Assembly: GCA_048213135.1 (NCBI GenBank)
Contig: PS015010.1
Coordinates: 1,116,001-1,180,000, forward strand
Origin: Reclinomonas americana ATCC 50394
Taxonomy: Eukaryota
DNA: 64,000 nucleotides
Reading direction: 5' to 3'
The notes under the pieces were generated by a model that did no database searches, was not told where the DNA came from, and saw only the letters and a program-made list of their open reading frames with translations. The translations under genes were made by a program, and so were the position numbers. Numbering within the stretch: the stretch's first letter is position 1; every line of letters begins with the position of its first letter. This document shows, in pieces, positions 30,642 to 40,059 of this stretch.

Positions 30642-32533
30642 TGAAGAAGAACTGCCTTATCGCCTGTATTTTCCTGTTGTGCTCTGCCCGGGCACTGGCG
30701 CAGGACTATGCCATTGCCCGTATTCCCGAATCATTGAAAAAAAATGTACACGCGGTAGTAAGGGAGGAAAATATCCTTTTCGATATCCGTTCCACCGACA
30801 AGGCCACGCTTCGTGTACACCGTGTCGTTAGTGTGCTGAATGAAGCTGCCCGGGAAGAGCTGTTTTTTATGCAGTCTGCCGACCAGTTCCATTCCCTCAG
30901 TGAGGTCACCATCAGGGTATTCGACGCCGCGGGCAAATCGCTCAGGAGTTATGAAAGGTCCGATCTCAGCAAGCTGGCCAACCCGTTCGAACTGGTGCCC
31001 GATGGCAAAGTATATTATATGAATGTACCCGTGCCCTCCTACCCGGTTACCGTCAGTTATGATTATGAAGTGAAGATGAACGGGCTGTACAAGTACCCCG
31101 ATTACCGCATACAGGAACCCGGGCAATCGGTGGAAAGATCGGTGTTTACCGTAAAAGTGCCCACCGACCTCGACCTGCGCTACCGGGAAATGAATGTGCA
31201 ATTACCCCCTGAAATAGACGGACAGGATAGAAAAATCAAGACCTATACCTGGAAAGTAGACCAGCTGACCGCCCGTTCTTATGAGGATGGAAGCGGTGCA
31301 GCCGGTAATTCCTTTCCCTGGATATCCTTATCTCCCAATCGCTATGAACTGGATGGCTATCCCGGCGATATGACCAGCTGGAAAAATATGGGTCTGTGGT
31401 ACAACCAGCTCGTGAAAACTGATAACACACTTTCCCCGCAGTTCAGAACAGAGATACAGCAACTCGCCGCTTCCGCTTCTTCCGACAAGGAAAAGGCCCG
31501 GCTGATTTACAAATACCTGCAGAAGAACTTTCGTTATGTAAGTATTCAACTTGGCATTGGCGGTTTCAAACCCTTTGCCGCGGATTTCGTACACAAAAAA
31601 AAGTACGGCGACTGTAAAGGGCTGAGCAATTATATGCAGGCCTGCCTGGAAGCAGTCAATATAAAAAGTTATCCCGTATGGGTTTGGGGTGATGAACTGC
31701 CTAACCAGATCGATCCTGCCTTTCCGCGGGCCGACTTCAACCACCAGATACTGTGTATTCCCTTCGCTAATGATACCACCTGGCTGGAGTGTACCAGCAG
31801 TACCAACGAGTTTGGCGTACTGGGATCGTTCACCGAGAACCGGTATGCACTCCTGCTTACTGAAAACGGAGGGGTATTATTGAAAACACCTTCTTCGCGT
31901 GCTCCAGAGAACAGGTACGACAGTTATACCGTGGTGCCGGTTACGGAAAGTGGTTCGGGAGAGGCTATTGTTATTGTAAAGCCAAGCGGTGAATTTCGCC
32001 AGGCGTTTATCAGTATGGCAATGGATAAAAAAGATGAACAAAAAAATGCTATTGTAAAACGGTTACAGTTCCAGCATCCCGATGCATTCGAGTTTAGTTT
32101 TGATAAAGACAATGCCACATCAGCTGTGGTGCTTAAACTTGATATAGAAAAGATCCCCGACTTTTCCGCCGGGAATAAACTTTTCCTGAACCCCCGTATC
32201 TACCGCATCTGGAACGATCCGTTGCCTAAAACGGAGAACCGCCAGCGGGATTATTACCTGCCCTACCCGCAGGTAAAGAATGACACCACCGTGTATGTGC
32301 TGGCTAATGGCTTTGAACCTGAAACATTGCCTAAAGACAAATCCCTGCAATGCGACTATGGTTCTTTCAAAACTTCTTACCGTTACGACGCGGATAAAAA
32401 AGCCATTACCAGTATAGCCGAACTCCAGGTGAATTCGTTCACCATACCCTCGTCGGGTTTTGCCGCAGCAAGGAAATTCTTCAATGAAGTGCTGGCGGAA
32501 TACAATGAAAAGATTGTGGTAAAACGGTTATAG
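30641..32533 (+). CDS. DUF3857 / transglutaminase-like protein with intact Cys-His
   Basis: RYVSIQLGIGGFKP, YGDCKGLS, FNHQI, WLECT; TGATG overlap with the upstream gene. Confidence 0.85.
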   Translation: MKKNCLIACIFLLCSARALAQDYAIARIPESLKKNVHAVVREENILFDIRSTDKATLRVHRVVSVLNEAAREELFFMQSADQFHSLSEVTIRVFDAAGKSLRSYERSDLSKLANPFELVPDGKVYYMNVPVPSYPVTVSYDYEVKMNGLYKYPDYRIQEPGQSVERSVFTVKVPTDLDLRYREMNVQLPPEIDGQDRKIKTYTWKVDQLTARSYEDGSGAAGNSFPWISLSPNRYELDGYPGDMTSWKNMGLWYNQLVKTDNTLSPQFRTEIQQLAASASSDKEKARLIYKYLQKNFRYVSIQLGIGGFKPFAADFVHKKKYGDCKGLSNYMQACLEAVNIKSYPVWVWGDELPNQIDPAFPRADFNHQILCIPFANDTTWLECTSSTNEFGVLGSFTENRYALLLTENGGVLLKTPSSRAPENRYDSYTVVPVTESGSGEAIVIVKPSGEFRQAFISMAMDKKDEQKNAIVKRLQFQHPDAFEFSFDKDNATSAVVLKLDIEKIPDFSAGNKLFLNPRIYRIWNDPLPKTENRQRDYYLPYPQVKNDTTVYVLANGFEPETLPKDKSLQCDYGSFKTSYRYDADKKAITSIAELQVNSFTIPSSGFAAARKFFNEVLAEYNEKIVVKRL

Positions 32534-34360
32534 AATACCGTGCAGACTTCCTCCTTTTTCAAATAACCGGTCAATGGCTTTTTCCGTGGCCGGGTCTTTC
32601 AGTAAGGGTGGCGCATGATGGGGTTTGATGCGGGCATCCCATATCATAGGGCCGCGGCATCCCCAGTGCTTATGCTCTGTAAAAGGCCTTACCCCATAAA
32701 TGTCGTGCGAAGGATTGCAGCGGGTAAACGTGGCCCAGATGAAGTTGTTCATTTCCGCCGCTATAAAATCAGCGTCATCGCAAACCACCAGCAGGGCACA
32801 TTCCTGCAAGGCATCAAGGGTGTCGCTTAAGTGATGATCCAGGGATGACATCTCCTTTTTAGCGGTTTCCTCATCTGTATAAACCGGTAATTGAATGGCC
32901 ACTACACCCGGCATAGCCAGCGTGGTTTTGTAAGGCAGTTGCTGAACAGCCGCGGGAACGGTGTGGCAAAGCTCTCTTATTTTATCTCCATAAGCCGCCA
33001 GTACCACCTTACTGCCGCTGTTGAGCCCTGTGCCGGAATAATCCAGGGTATCGATGGTAGTATGGGTATGGAAATGCAGGTCGCGGTCGGTATGAATGCG
33101 CTCCCAGATGTATTGCAGGTATTCGCCAACGTTAGTTGTTGTGAGCCGGTTGCTGTCGTCGGCAGTAATGAAAAGAAATTTGGCCAGGCTCAATTGTCCC
33201 GTACCCAGTATCCTGCTGGCAATGGTGAGTATCTCTGCTGGTTGCCGGGTGGGTGAATAAGGCGTATAGCGTTCGCTGCCAACGGCGAGTAATAAAGGAT
33301 GAACGCCAGCCGCATCAACGGCGTGTACTTCTTTTACACCGGGTATCTCCCGTTGTATCGCAGAGCCGGTAATGGCGTGTATGAGCTGCCCGAAACTGGT
33401 GTCCTCCTGCGGTGGTCTGCCCACTACGGTAAAAGGCCATATCGCATTTCGGCGGGCATACACTTTGCGGATCTTCATTACCGGGAAATTGTGGGTAAGG
33501 CTGTAATAACCCAGGTGATCGCCGAAGGGCCCCTCGGGCTTGTTATCATTGGGATATACATCGCCGGTGATCACGAAGTCGGCATCGGAGCTGATCGCAT
33601 ACCCGTCCACGTAAGTATACCTGAACCGGCGCCCGCCCAGTACACCCGCGAAGGTCATTTCACTCACACCTTCCGGCAGGGGCATTACAGCAGATACGGT
33701 ATGTGCCGGCGGACCGCCAACGAATACGCTTACTTTCAGCGGCTGTCCTTTGGCATTGGCTTTGGATTGATGAACACCTATACCGCGGTGCAGCTGGTAA
33801 TGCAAACCGGCTTCCTTATCTTTTTCGTAAAAATTGCCCGACAGCTGTACGCGGTACATACCCAGGTTGGCGTGCATAATGCCCGGCTGGTCTATATCTT
33901 CTGTATACACCTGTGGCAGGGTAACGAAAGCGCCGCCGTCGTTGAGCCAGTGGTGTACCTGCGGCAGGTCGCTGAGTTGTATTTCTTCGAACAGCACCGG
34001 TTTGGAGAAAGGATTCTTTTTAGGGAGCGCCTTTAACGCGGCCAGGCCGGTATTGAAATTTTTAAAAGGATGTTTGATGGCCTTCATAGGGTCATTGCGC
34101 AGCTCGATGAGTTGCTGCACCGATGGCAGTGTATCGCGGAAGATGAAACGGCTCCTGTCGAGCGTGCCGAAGATATTGGATGCGGCCTGGTAGCGGCTGC
34201 CCTTTACCTTTTCAAATAAAATTGCCGGTCCGCCTGCTTCATGTACCCGCAGGTGTATGGCTGCCATCTCCAGGTAAGGGTTGACTTCCTCTTTAACCCG
34301 TACCAGCCGGCCGTTCTTTTCAAGATCGAGCAGACATGCTTCCAGTGATGAGTAGGCCAT
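32528..34360 (-). CDS. UbiD-family (prFMN-dependent) decarboxylase
   Basis: GPAILFEKV, NLGMYR, EGPFGDHLGYY, TVVGRPPQED, DTLDYS. Confidence 0.9.
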   Translation of the reverse strand: MAYSSLEACLLDLEKNGRLVRVKEEVNPYLEMAAIHLRVHEAGGPAILFEKVKGSRYQAASNIFGTLDRSRFIFRDTLPSVQQLIELRNDPMKAIKHPFKNFNTGLAALKALPKKNPFSKPVLFEEIQLSDLPQVHHWLNDGGAFVTLPQVYTEDIDQPGIMHANLGMYRVQLSGNFYEKDKEAGLHYQLHRGIGVHQSKANAKGQPLKVSVFVGGPPAHTVSAVMPLPEGVSEMTFAGVLGGRRFRYTYVDGYAISSDADFVITGDVYPNDNKPEGPFGDHLGYYSLTHNFPVMKIRKVYARRNAIWPFTVVGRPPQEDTSFGQLIHAITGSAIQREIPGVKEVHAVDAAGVHPLLLAVGSERYTPYSPTRQPAEILTIASRILGTGQLSLAKFLFITADDSNRLTTTNVGEYLQYIWERIHTDRDLHFHTHTTIDTLDYSGTGLNSGSKVVLAAYGDKIRELCHTVPAAVQQLPYKTTLAMPGVVAIQLPVYTDEETAKKEMSSLDHHLSDTLDALQECALLVVCDDADFIAAEMNNFIWATFTRCNPSHDIYGVRPFTEHKHWGCRGPMIWDARIKPHHAPPLLKDPATEKAIDRLFEKGGSLHGIL

Positions 34361-34408
34361 TGGTAAAAGTTTGCGGCAAAGTTAAGGCGTATGCAAATGT
34401 GATGATGT

Positions 34409-34780
34409 GTGAATATGCGGATATGCGAATGTGATGATGAGCGGATGCTTGGTTGACTATTTACGATTGACGACAGACCACTGACTACCGTGCATCGCAT
34501 CATGTTCCGCAGGAACATTTGGTGGGCAAAAAAACGACATATCATGTTCCGTAGGAACATCTGGTGGGTAGACACGAGGATGAACAACATTTACGATGCG
34601 TTATGTTCCGGCGGGACATTTGGTGGGTATTGATAAAACGGAGGGTATTTGCGTGAGGGATAGCAGCGGAAAGCCCGGAGGGTGAGGTACGAGCCCGAGG
34701 ACTTGCAGCGCATAGCCCGACCCGCTACCGGCGGGGCACGCCCTACGTGAGCCAATAGTCGTTAGTAATGAGTATTGAGT
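34409..34780. repeat. Left arm of a mosaic inverted repeat flanking pdhB (octamer array, three ATGTTCC-n3-GGAACAT REP-like units, GC-rich palindrome module, heptamers)
   Basis: Module-by-module reverse-complement match to 35943-36299, including an exact 31-mer (34714-34744 vs 35970-36000). Confidence 0.9.
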
Positions 34781-34813
34781 TAAGAGTTTAGCAGACTAAC
34801 GACCCGGTACCAA

Positions 34814-35797
34814 CTACTTCTTCAGGTACATCACTTCCTTCACCAGTTTAACCGTGCGGGGCACGTCGGGCAGGTAAGCGGCCACCAGGTTGGGGGCATA
34901 GTGCATGGGTGCGTCGGCAGAAGTAATCCTGCGGATGGGCGCATCCAGGTAATCAAAGCCTTCTTTTTGTATGCGGTAGCTGATCTCGGAAGATACGGAG
35001 GCGAAAGGCCATTGTTCTTCCACGATCACCAGGCGGTTGGTCTTTTTAACGCTTTCAAGAATAGTGAACCAGTCAAGCGGACGGATAGTAGCCACATCGA
35101 TCACCTCTGCTTCAATGCCTTCTTTGGCCAGTTCTTCCGCAGCGGCCAGTGCCACTTTCATCATTTTATTAAAGCTCACAATGGTAACATCCTTGCCGGG
35201 TCTTTTTACAAAACATTTACCAATGGGCAGCAGGTATTCTTCTTCCGGTACCTCGCCCTTATCGCCGTACATCACTTCACTCTCCATAAAAACGATCGGA
35301 TCATCGTCGCGGATAGCGCTTTTGAGCAGGCCTTTGGCATCGTAAGGGTTGGAAACAGAGATCACTTTAAGACCGGGAATATTAGCGTACAGTGCTTCAA
35401 AAGCGGTGGAGTGCTGGGCGCCGAGCTGACCTGCAGAGCCGTTGGGGCCGCGGAATACGATGGGGCAACCCACCTGTCCGCCGCTCATGGCCAGCATTTT
35501 GGAAGCGGTGTTCAGGATCTGGTCCAGCGGCAGTACCGCGAAGTTCCAGGTCATGAATTCAACAATGGGACGCAGACCGTTTTGTGCAGCGCCAACCGCA
35601 ATGGCGGCAAAACCCAGTTCCGCGATCGGAGTATCAATCACACGTTTTTCGCCAAACTCATCGAGCATGCCCTGGCTAACCTTGTAGGCGCCGTTATATT
35701 CGGCCACTTCTTCTCCCATTAAAAACACCCGTTCATCCCTCCTCATTTCTTCCTGCATGGCTTCCCTAAGGGCTTCTCTGAATGCAATCTGACGCAT
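34814..35797 (-). CDS. pdhB: Pyruvate dehydrogenase E1 beta subunit
   Basis: MGEEVAEYNGAYKVS, DTPIAELGF, EFMTWNF, GAQHS, DYLDAP; own -7 element TAAATTTG at 35860-35867. Confidence 0.95.
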   Translation of the reverse strand: MRQIAFREALREAMQEEMRRDERVFLMGEEVAEYNGAYKVSQGMLDEFGEKRVIDTPIAELGFAAIAVGAAQNGLRPIVEFMTWNFAVLPLDQILNTASKMLAMSGGQVGCPIVFRGPNGSAGQLGAQHSTAFEALYANIPGLKVISVSNPYDAKGLLKSAIRDDDPIVFMESEVMYGDKGEVPEEEYLLPIGKCFVKRPGKDVTIVSFNKMMKVALAAAEELAKEGIEAEVIDVATIRPLDWFTILESVKKTNRLVIVEEQWPFASVSSEISYRIQKEGFDYLDAPIRRITSADAPMHYAPNLVAAYLPDVPRTVKLVKEVMYLKK

Positions 35798-35942
35798 GTG
35801 TTGTTGGTTTTATCCGTTATTTTTTCTGATAATTGTTGATGATCCGCTGATAACGGCTGCAAATTTATTCGATCAGGGGCAGATGAGCAAATCGAGTTTG
35901 GGAGGAGATGCGGGATGCAAGATGCCGGAGTCAGAGCTTCTT

Positions 35943-36299
35943 ACTAAATACTAACTACTCACGACTACCAGGGCGTGCCCCGCCGGTAGCGGGTCGGGCT
36001 GTCCGCTCCTACTCCTCCCGCCTCCGGCGGATGCGGGGTATCCGCTTCCATCCCTCACGCAAATGCCCACCGCCTATTGTTACCCACCAAATGTCCCGCC
36101 GGGACATAACGCATCGTAAATGTTGTTCACCATTGCGTGTCTACCCACCAGATGTTCCTCCGGAAAATGCTGCGATGCACGGTGGTAAGTGGCCTGTCGT
36201 CCGTCGTCCATAATTAATCGTAAATAGTAAACCCATCATCCGCATATTTTCAAATTCCCGCATCCGCACATCATCACATTCGCATATCCGCACATTCAC
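35943..36299. repeat. Right arm of the mosaic inverted repeat flanking pdhB
   Basis: Reverse complement of the left arm, e.g. 36081-36129 matches 34581-34629 with one mismatch, and 36261-36299 matches 34409-34447 with two. Confidence 0.9.
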
Positions 36300-36306
36300 C
36301 CATCCA

Positions 36307-38130
36307 TCAATACCTTCCGCCCGTATCCGTCAGGCAACGAAGAAAGGCGATGATGTCCTGCTTTTCTTTACGGCTCAGTTTCAGGCTGTCGAATGCCAGG
36401 GTCTGATTGGGTGGCGCAATACCCAGGCCCTTTCCTCCCCCTTTGTCGTAAAAGTCCACCACTTCTTTCAGCGTGGCAAATATGCCATTGTGCATATAGG
36501 GTGCCGTTAATGCCACATTGCGCAGCAACGGTGTTTTAAAGGCATACATATGTACCGGGAAACCGGTGATGAGGAACCGGCCGGAGTCTTTGTCAGCCTG
36601 CGGGTGATGCGGATCGCTGTTGCCCGGTACGCCAATCACTTCACTTTCCGTGTAATAAAAACGCGGAGGTTTGGCTCCTCCAAAAAGCGGCATAAAATGA
36701 CAGGTGCCACATTTCGCTTTGCCCATGAACAGGTTGAAGCCATTGACTTCGGCGGGGTTCAAAACCTGGCTGCCCCGCATATGCCGGTCGAACCGGCTGT
36801 TGAGTGACACCAGGGTGCGTTCATAACAGGCAATGGCGTTGGCAATGTTGATGGCCGCGGCTTCGGGCCGGGCGCCGGGGTATACGGATTCGTACAATTC
36901 GCGGTATTCGTTGCTCGATATGATGGTTGAGGCGGCAGCGGCAGCGGAACCATGCATCTCTCCGTTGCTGTTGAGCACCTGCAGCACCTGTTCTTCGAGG
37001 TTGCGGCTGCGGCTGTCGTAAAACAGGTTCCTTTGCAGCGCCGCGTTCCAGAGCCCGGGTGCATTGCGGGGCAACGGCGAATGGCCGTCCAGCGCCAGGC
37101 TTACAGGAAGACCATCGGTAAAGGCTTTGGCGGGCTGGTGACAGGTGGCGCAGCTTCGCGTACCGTTTGCCGACAACAGCTTCTCAAAAAAAAGTTTACG
37201 TCCCAGTTCCGTTTTTTGGGATGATGAAGAAAAATCATCAAGGAAGCGGGCGGTACTGAAAGCGGTATCGCTGAACAGGCTGCCGTTCTTTTTGATGGCG
37301 CTGTAATAACGTCCCGAAGGATTGTCGGCCCAGTTGTTGAGCAGTTTGTACTGTCCTATACATTTCGCCAGCGGATCAAGGCATGCTTTGATGAACTGCA
37401 TACGGTTGAACCTGTTAAAATCAGTATGCAAGGAGAGGTATTGTATCGATTGCTGGTATACAAGCGTCCATTGTTTTGCCAGTTGCGGGGCTTTGTTTTT
37501 TATTACTTCTTTGTACTGCTCCAATATCTGCTCCACACCTTGCAATGCGGCGGTGCACTCCGGCAGGGCCTGCCCGGCCGCCTGGGAGTCGAACCCGGTT
37601 ATGCCAAGGGCGGTTACACGATAGAGTTCTTCCATGCAGGCGTCGAAAATATTAGCGTCGGTAAAGGCAAAAGACGGGTCAATTCCGGGCAGTTCACGGG
37701 CATAACGCAGCAGTTCAGCGGTTTGGTTTTGCAATTGTAGCGCCTGGGCGGGATCGTATTCCGGGAAGATCAGGTTCTCAATCACCTGCATGCCTGAGGG
37801 TTCCTGCGCCGGTATATCGGGCTCTTCTTCTTTAAAAGCGGGTATAGGTGGGCCATTCAGCCGTGAAGCGTGAAAGTCGAAATAGTATTCCACGATGGTT
37901 TCCATGTATTTGTAGGCCAGTCTTGCAGCAATAAAGGCAGACCTTATTTTTTTGAGATCGCCGGACAGCACAGCAGATTGCAGTATTTCACACTTCGAAA
38001 TGAAGAACCGGCATTGCCCTATGTAAGCTTTCCTTACTTCTGTTGCGGGCTCCCGCGGTGGGTCAGACCAGAAGGCGAAGGAAGCCGTAAGGATAAAAAG
38101 CAGCAGCAGTATGGTAAAGGTCCGGCACAT
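36307..38130 (-). CDS. Di-haem cytochrome c peroxidase (bCcP/MauG family) with N-terminal imelysin/EfeO-like helical domain, copy 1
   Basis: CATCH and CGTCH haem motifs, RNAPGL, FKTPLLRNV, TAPYMHNG; N-terminal ARLAYKYMETIVEYY...SGMQVIENLIF. Confidence 0.85.
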   Translation of the reverse strand: MCRTFTILLLLFILTASFAFWSDPPREPATEVRKAYIGQCRFFISKCEILQSAVLSGDLKKIRSAFIAARLAYKYMETIVEYYFDFHASRLNGPPIPAFKEEEPDIPAQEPSGMQVIENLIFPEYDPAQALQLQNQTAELLRYARELPGIDPSFAFTDANIFDACMEELYRVTALGITGFDSQAAGQALPECTAALQGVEQILEQYKEVIKNKAPQLAKQWTLVYQQSIQYLSLHTDFNRFNRMQFIKACLDPLAKCIGQYKLLNNWADNPSGRYYSAIKKNGSLFSDTAFSTARFLDDFSSSSQKTELGRKLFFEKLLSANGTRSCATCHQPAKAFTDGLPVSLALDGHSPLPRNAPGLWNAALQRNLFYDSRSRNLEEQVLQVLNSNGEMHGSAAAAASTIISSNEYRELYESVYPGARPEAAAINIANAIACYERTLVSLNSRFDRHMRGSQVLNPAEVNGFNLFMGKAKCGTCHFMPLFGGAKPPRFYYTESEVIGVPGNSDPHHPQADKDSGRFLITGFPVHMYAFKTPLLRNVALTAPYMHNGIFATLKEVVDFYDKGGGKGLGIAPPNQTLAFDSLKLSRKEKQDIIAFLRCLTDTGGRY

Positions 38131-38212
38131 GGTTAAGTACAAAACGGTGCAGCCTGCAAAGAATTGTGTAGTTTAAGGGTCGCGGGCATCTGTTGTTCAA
38201 CCAAAATCATTA

Positions 38213-38605
38213 ATGATGAAATCTTTTCCTTTTCTTAGTTACAACACCACCGGGGGTATATTACGTGTGGTGACCGGTTTATTACTGGCGGCGCATGGCA
38301 GCATCCGTATGTATGCCGGCACTGTTGGCGATTTCGGCGGTTTTCTTCATAGCAAGGGGCTGCCTGCTGGAACGGCCATTGCCTGGACGCTTACCCTGGT
38401 GGAGATACTTGGAGGCATATTGCTGGCCGCCGGGCTTTTCCGGCGCTGGCTGGCTGCTTTTTTTATTATTGAGTTACTGGCAGGCATCGTCCTGGTACAT
38501 GCGCAAAATGGCTGGTTTGTGGTAGGTTACCAGTCGGGCGGTGTGGAGTACAGTGTATTGCTGATTGTTTGTCTGGTGCATGTGGCTTCGGGTGGAAGAA
38601 AATGA
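38213..38605 (+). CDS. DoxX-family membrane protein
   Basis: LRVVTGLLLAAHG, EILGG, HAQNGWFVVG...GGVEYS. Confidence 0.88.
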   Translation: MMKSFPFLSYNTTGGILRVVTGLLLAAHGSIRMYAGTVGDFGGFLHSKGLPAGTAIAWTLTLVEILGGILLAAGLFRRWLAAFFIIELLAGIVLVHAQNGWFVVGYQSGGVEYSVLLIVCLVHVASGGRK

Positions 38606-38817
38606 GGTTGACATCTCAGAAGGTATCCCCCCAAAGCGCCCGAAAAAGGTTGACATCTACAGAAATCTTATTTAAACTAAATAATTAATAAAGTGAATCT
38701 ATTTTATTAACAATCAAATTTTTAATTGTTTTGCTATCATTTTGTTAGGCGTGATTAAATCAAAATAAAAGGATGACATCTACAATAAGATGTCATCCTT
38801 AAACAAGATGTCAACCT
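38605..38817. repeat. 213-bp AT-rich element with five copies of AGG(T/A)TGACATCT
   Basis: Forward copies at 38605, 38647 and 38770; reverse copies at 38788 and 38806. Confidence 0.85.
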
Positions 38818-38821
38818 GTTA

Positions 38822-39928
38822 TTACGGCATCAACTCCGCCAGCTTATCGGTCAGTTTTTTCCCAAAAAGATTCTTGGCAACAATCCTCCCTTCTTTGTCG
38901 AGCAGGAGGTTGGATGGGATGGCTTTAATATAATATTGTTCGGAAGTTGAATTCTTCCAGCCCTGGAGGTCACTAATCTGCTTCCATACCAGCCCGTCGT
39001 CGTTAATGGCTTTTTTCCACCTGGCTTTTCCTTTTTCAGTATCGTAGGATACGCCGAGTATGTCAAATCCCTTGTCTTTGTAAGCATTATACGCTTTTAC
39101 AATATTGGGGTTCTCCTTACGGCAGGGACCACACCAACTGGCCCAGAAATCAACAAGGATATATTTACCGCGAAGAGATGACAGGCTCAGGTCATTACCC
39201 AGGGTATCTTTTTGCCTGATATCCGGCGCCACCTGCCCTATGGCCACGGTTTTGTATATGTCCAGCATTTTTTTCACATTCATACCATTGCCTGAACTTT
39301 TTACAGCCGCGGTCAATGCATTGTACAATGGCTCTACTTCAGAAGCTTCAGCATAATAACCAAAGTTCTCTTCAATAGCCATAGCACTCCTCAGGCTGCC
39401 GGGATGCGCCAGCACAAATTCACGTATATACCTTCTTTTGGCTTCCGTCAGTGCATTTTCCACTGCATCAAGACTGTCAAGTGTTGCCTGATCCTTGGCT
39501 TCCTCAGCTTTGCTGTAAGCTTTACTGAAATCATCTTCCCTCGCGGTCATGGGTTTCAGGAATTGAGTCAACTGGCGATCATCGTCATTAAGGACAGAAC
39601 CGCCCACAGCCAGTTCTTTCATCTTATCCCCTGTTCCGCTGATGACCAGGTTACCGGGCTCTACATAAAACCGCAGGTAATCCTGCTTGCGGTCTTTCAG
39701 GCTCAGGATGCCTGTCTGTGGTTTTTGTACAAAACCGCTGAATTTGAATTTGCCTTTCGACAGGGTAACGGAGTCCTTTTTAACGCCGTTCTCACTGTAA
39801 ACACTAAGGTATACCATACCGGTCTTTACATTGTCGAGTTTACCGCTTACGGTATAGGCGGAATCGGAGGTTTGTGCCATAATACTGCCGGCAGGGAAGA
39901 GTGCCAGCAACAAGGAGAGAGATTTCAT
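38822..39928 (-). CDS. TlpA-family disulfide reductase (DUF4369 + AhpC/TSA)
   Basis: Signal peptide; VDFWASWCGPCRKENP; IPSNLLLD. Confidence 0.9.
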   Translation of the reverse strand: MKSLSLLLALFPAGSIMAQTSDSAYTVSGKLDNVKTGMVYLSVYSENGVKKDSVTLSKGKFKFSGFVQKPQTGILSLKDRKQDYLRFYVEPGNLVISGTGDKMKELAVGGSVLNDDDRQLTQFLKPMTAREDDFSKAYSKAEEAKDQATLDSLDAVENALTEAKRRYIREFVLAHPGSLRSAMAIEENFGYYAEASEVEPLYNALTAAVKSSGNGMNVKKMLDIYKTVAIGQVAPDIRQKDTLGNDLSLSSLRGKYILVDFWASWCGPCRKENPNIVKAYNAYKDKGFDILGVSYDTEKGKARWKKAINDDGLVWKQISDLQGWKNSTSEQYYIKAIPSNLLLDKEGRIVAKNLFGKKLTDKLAELMP

Positions 39929-40059
39929 TGAATTTGCGTTTTGCTTCCGCAAGATACTGGAATGATACTGATACACTTTACCATTCATGGAACATTTATC
40001 CACGGGCAATAAAAAAACGGTCCTTTCCGGGACCGGTCGCCATCATATATAATAGTATC

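Noticed and set aside
34204-34590. 128-aa ORF with repeated HQMFLRNM (and ORF 35908-36213)
   Set aside because: Translations of the DNA repeats; the first also overlaps the UbiD-family gene out of frame
34501-34629. Possible mini CRISPR array (three ~27-bp palindromic repeats)
   Set aside because: Spacers are unequal (about 16 and 33 nt), repeats are degenerate, one spacer recurs in the inverted copy, and no cas genes are present. Better explained as REP-like units
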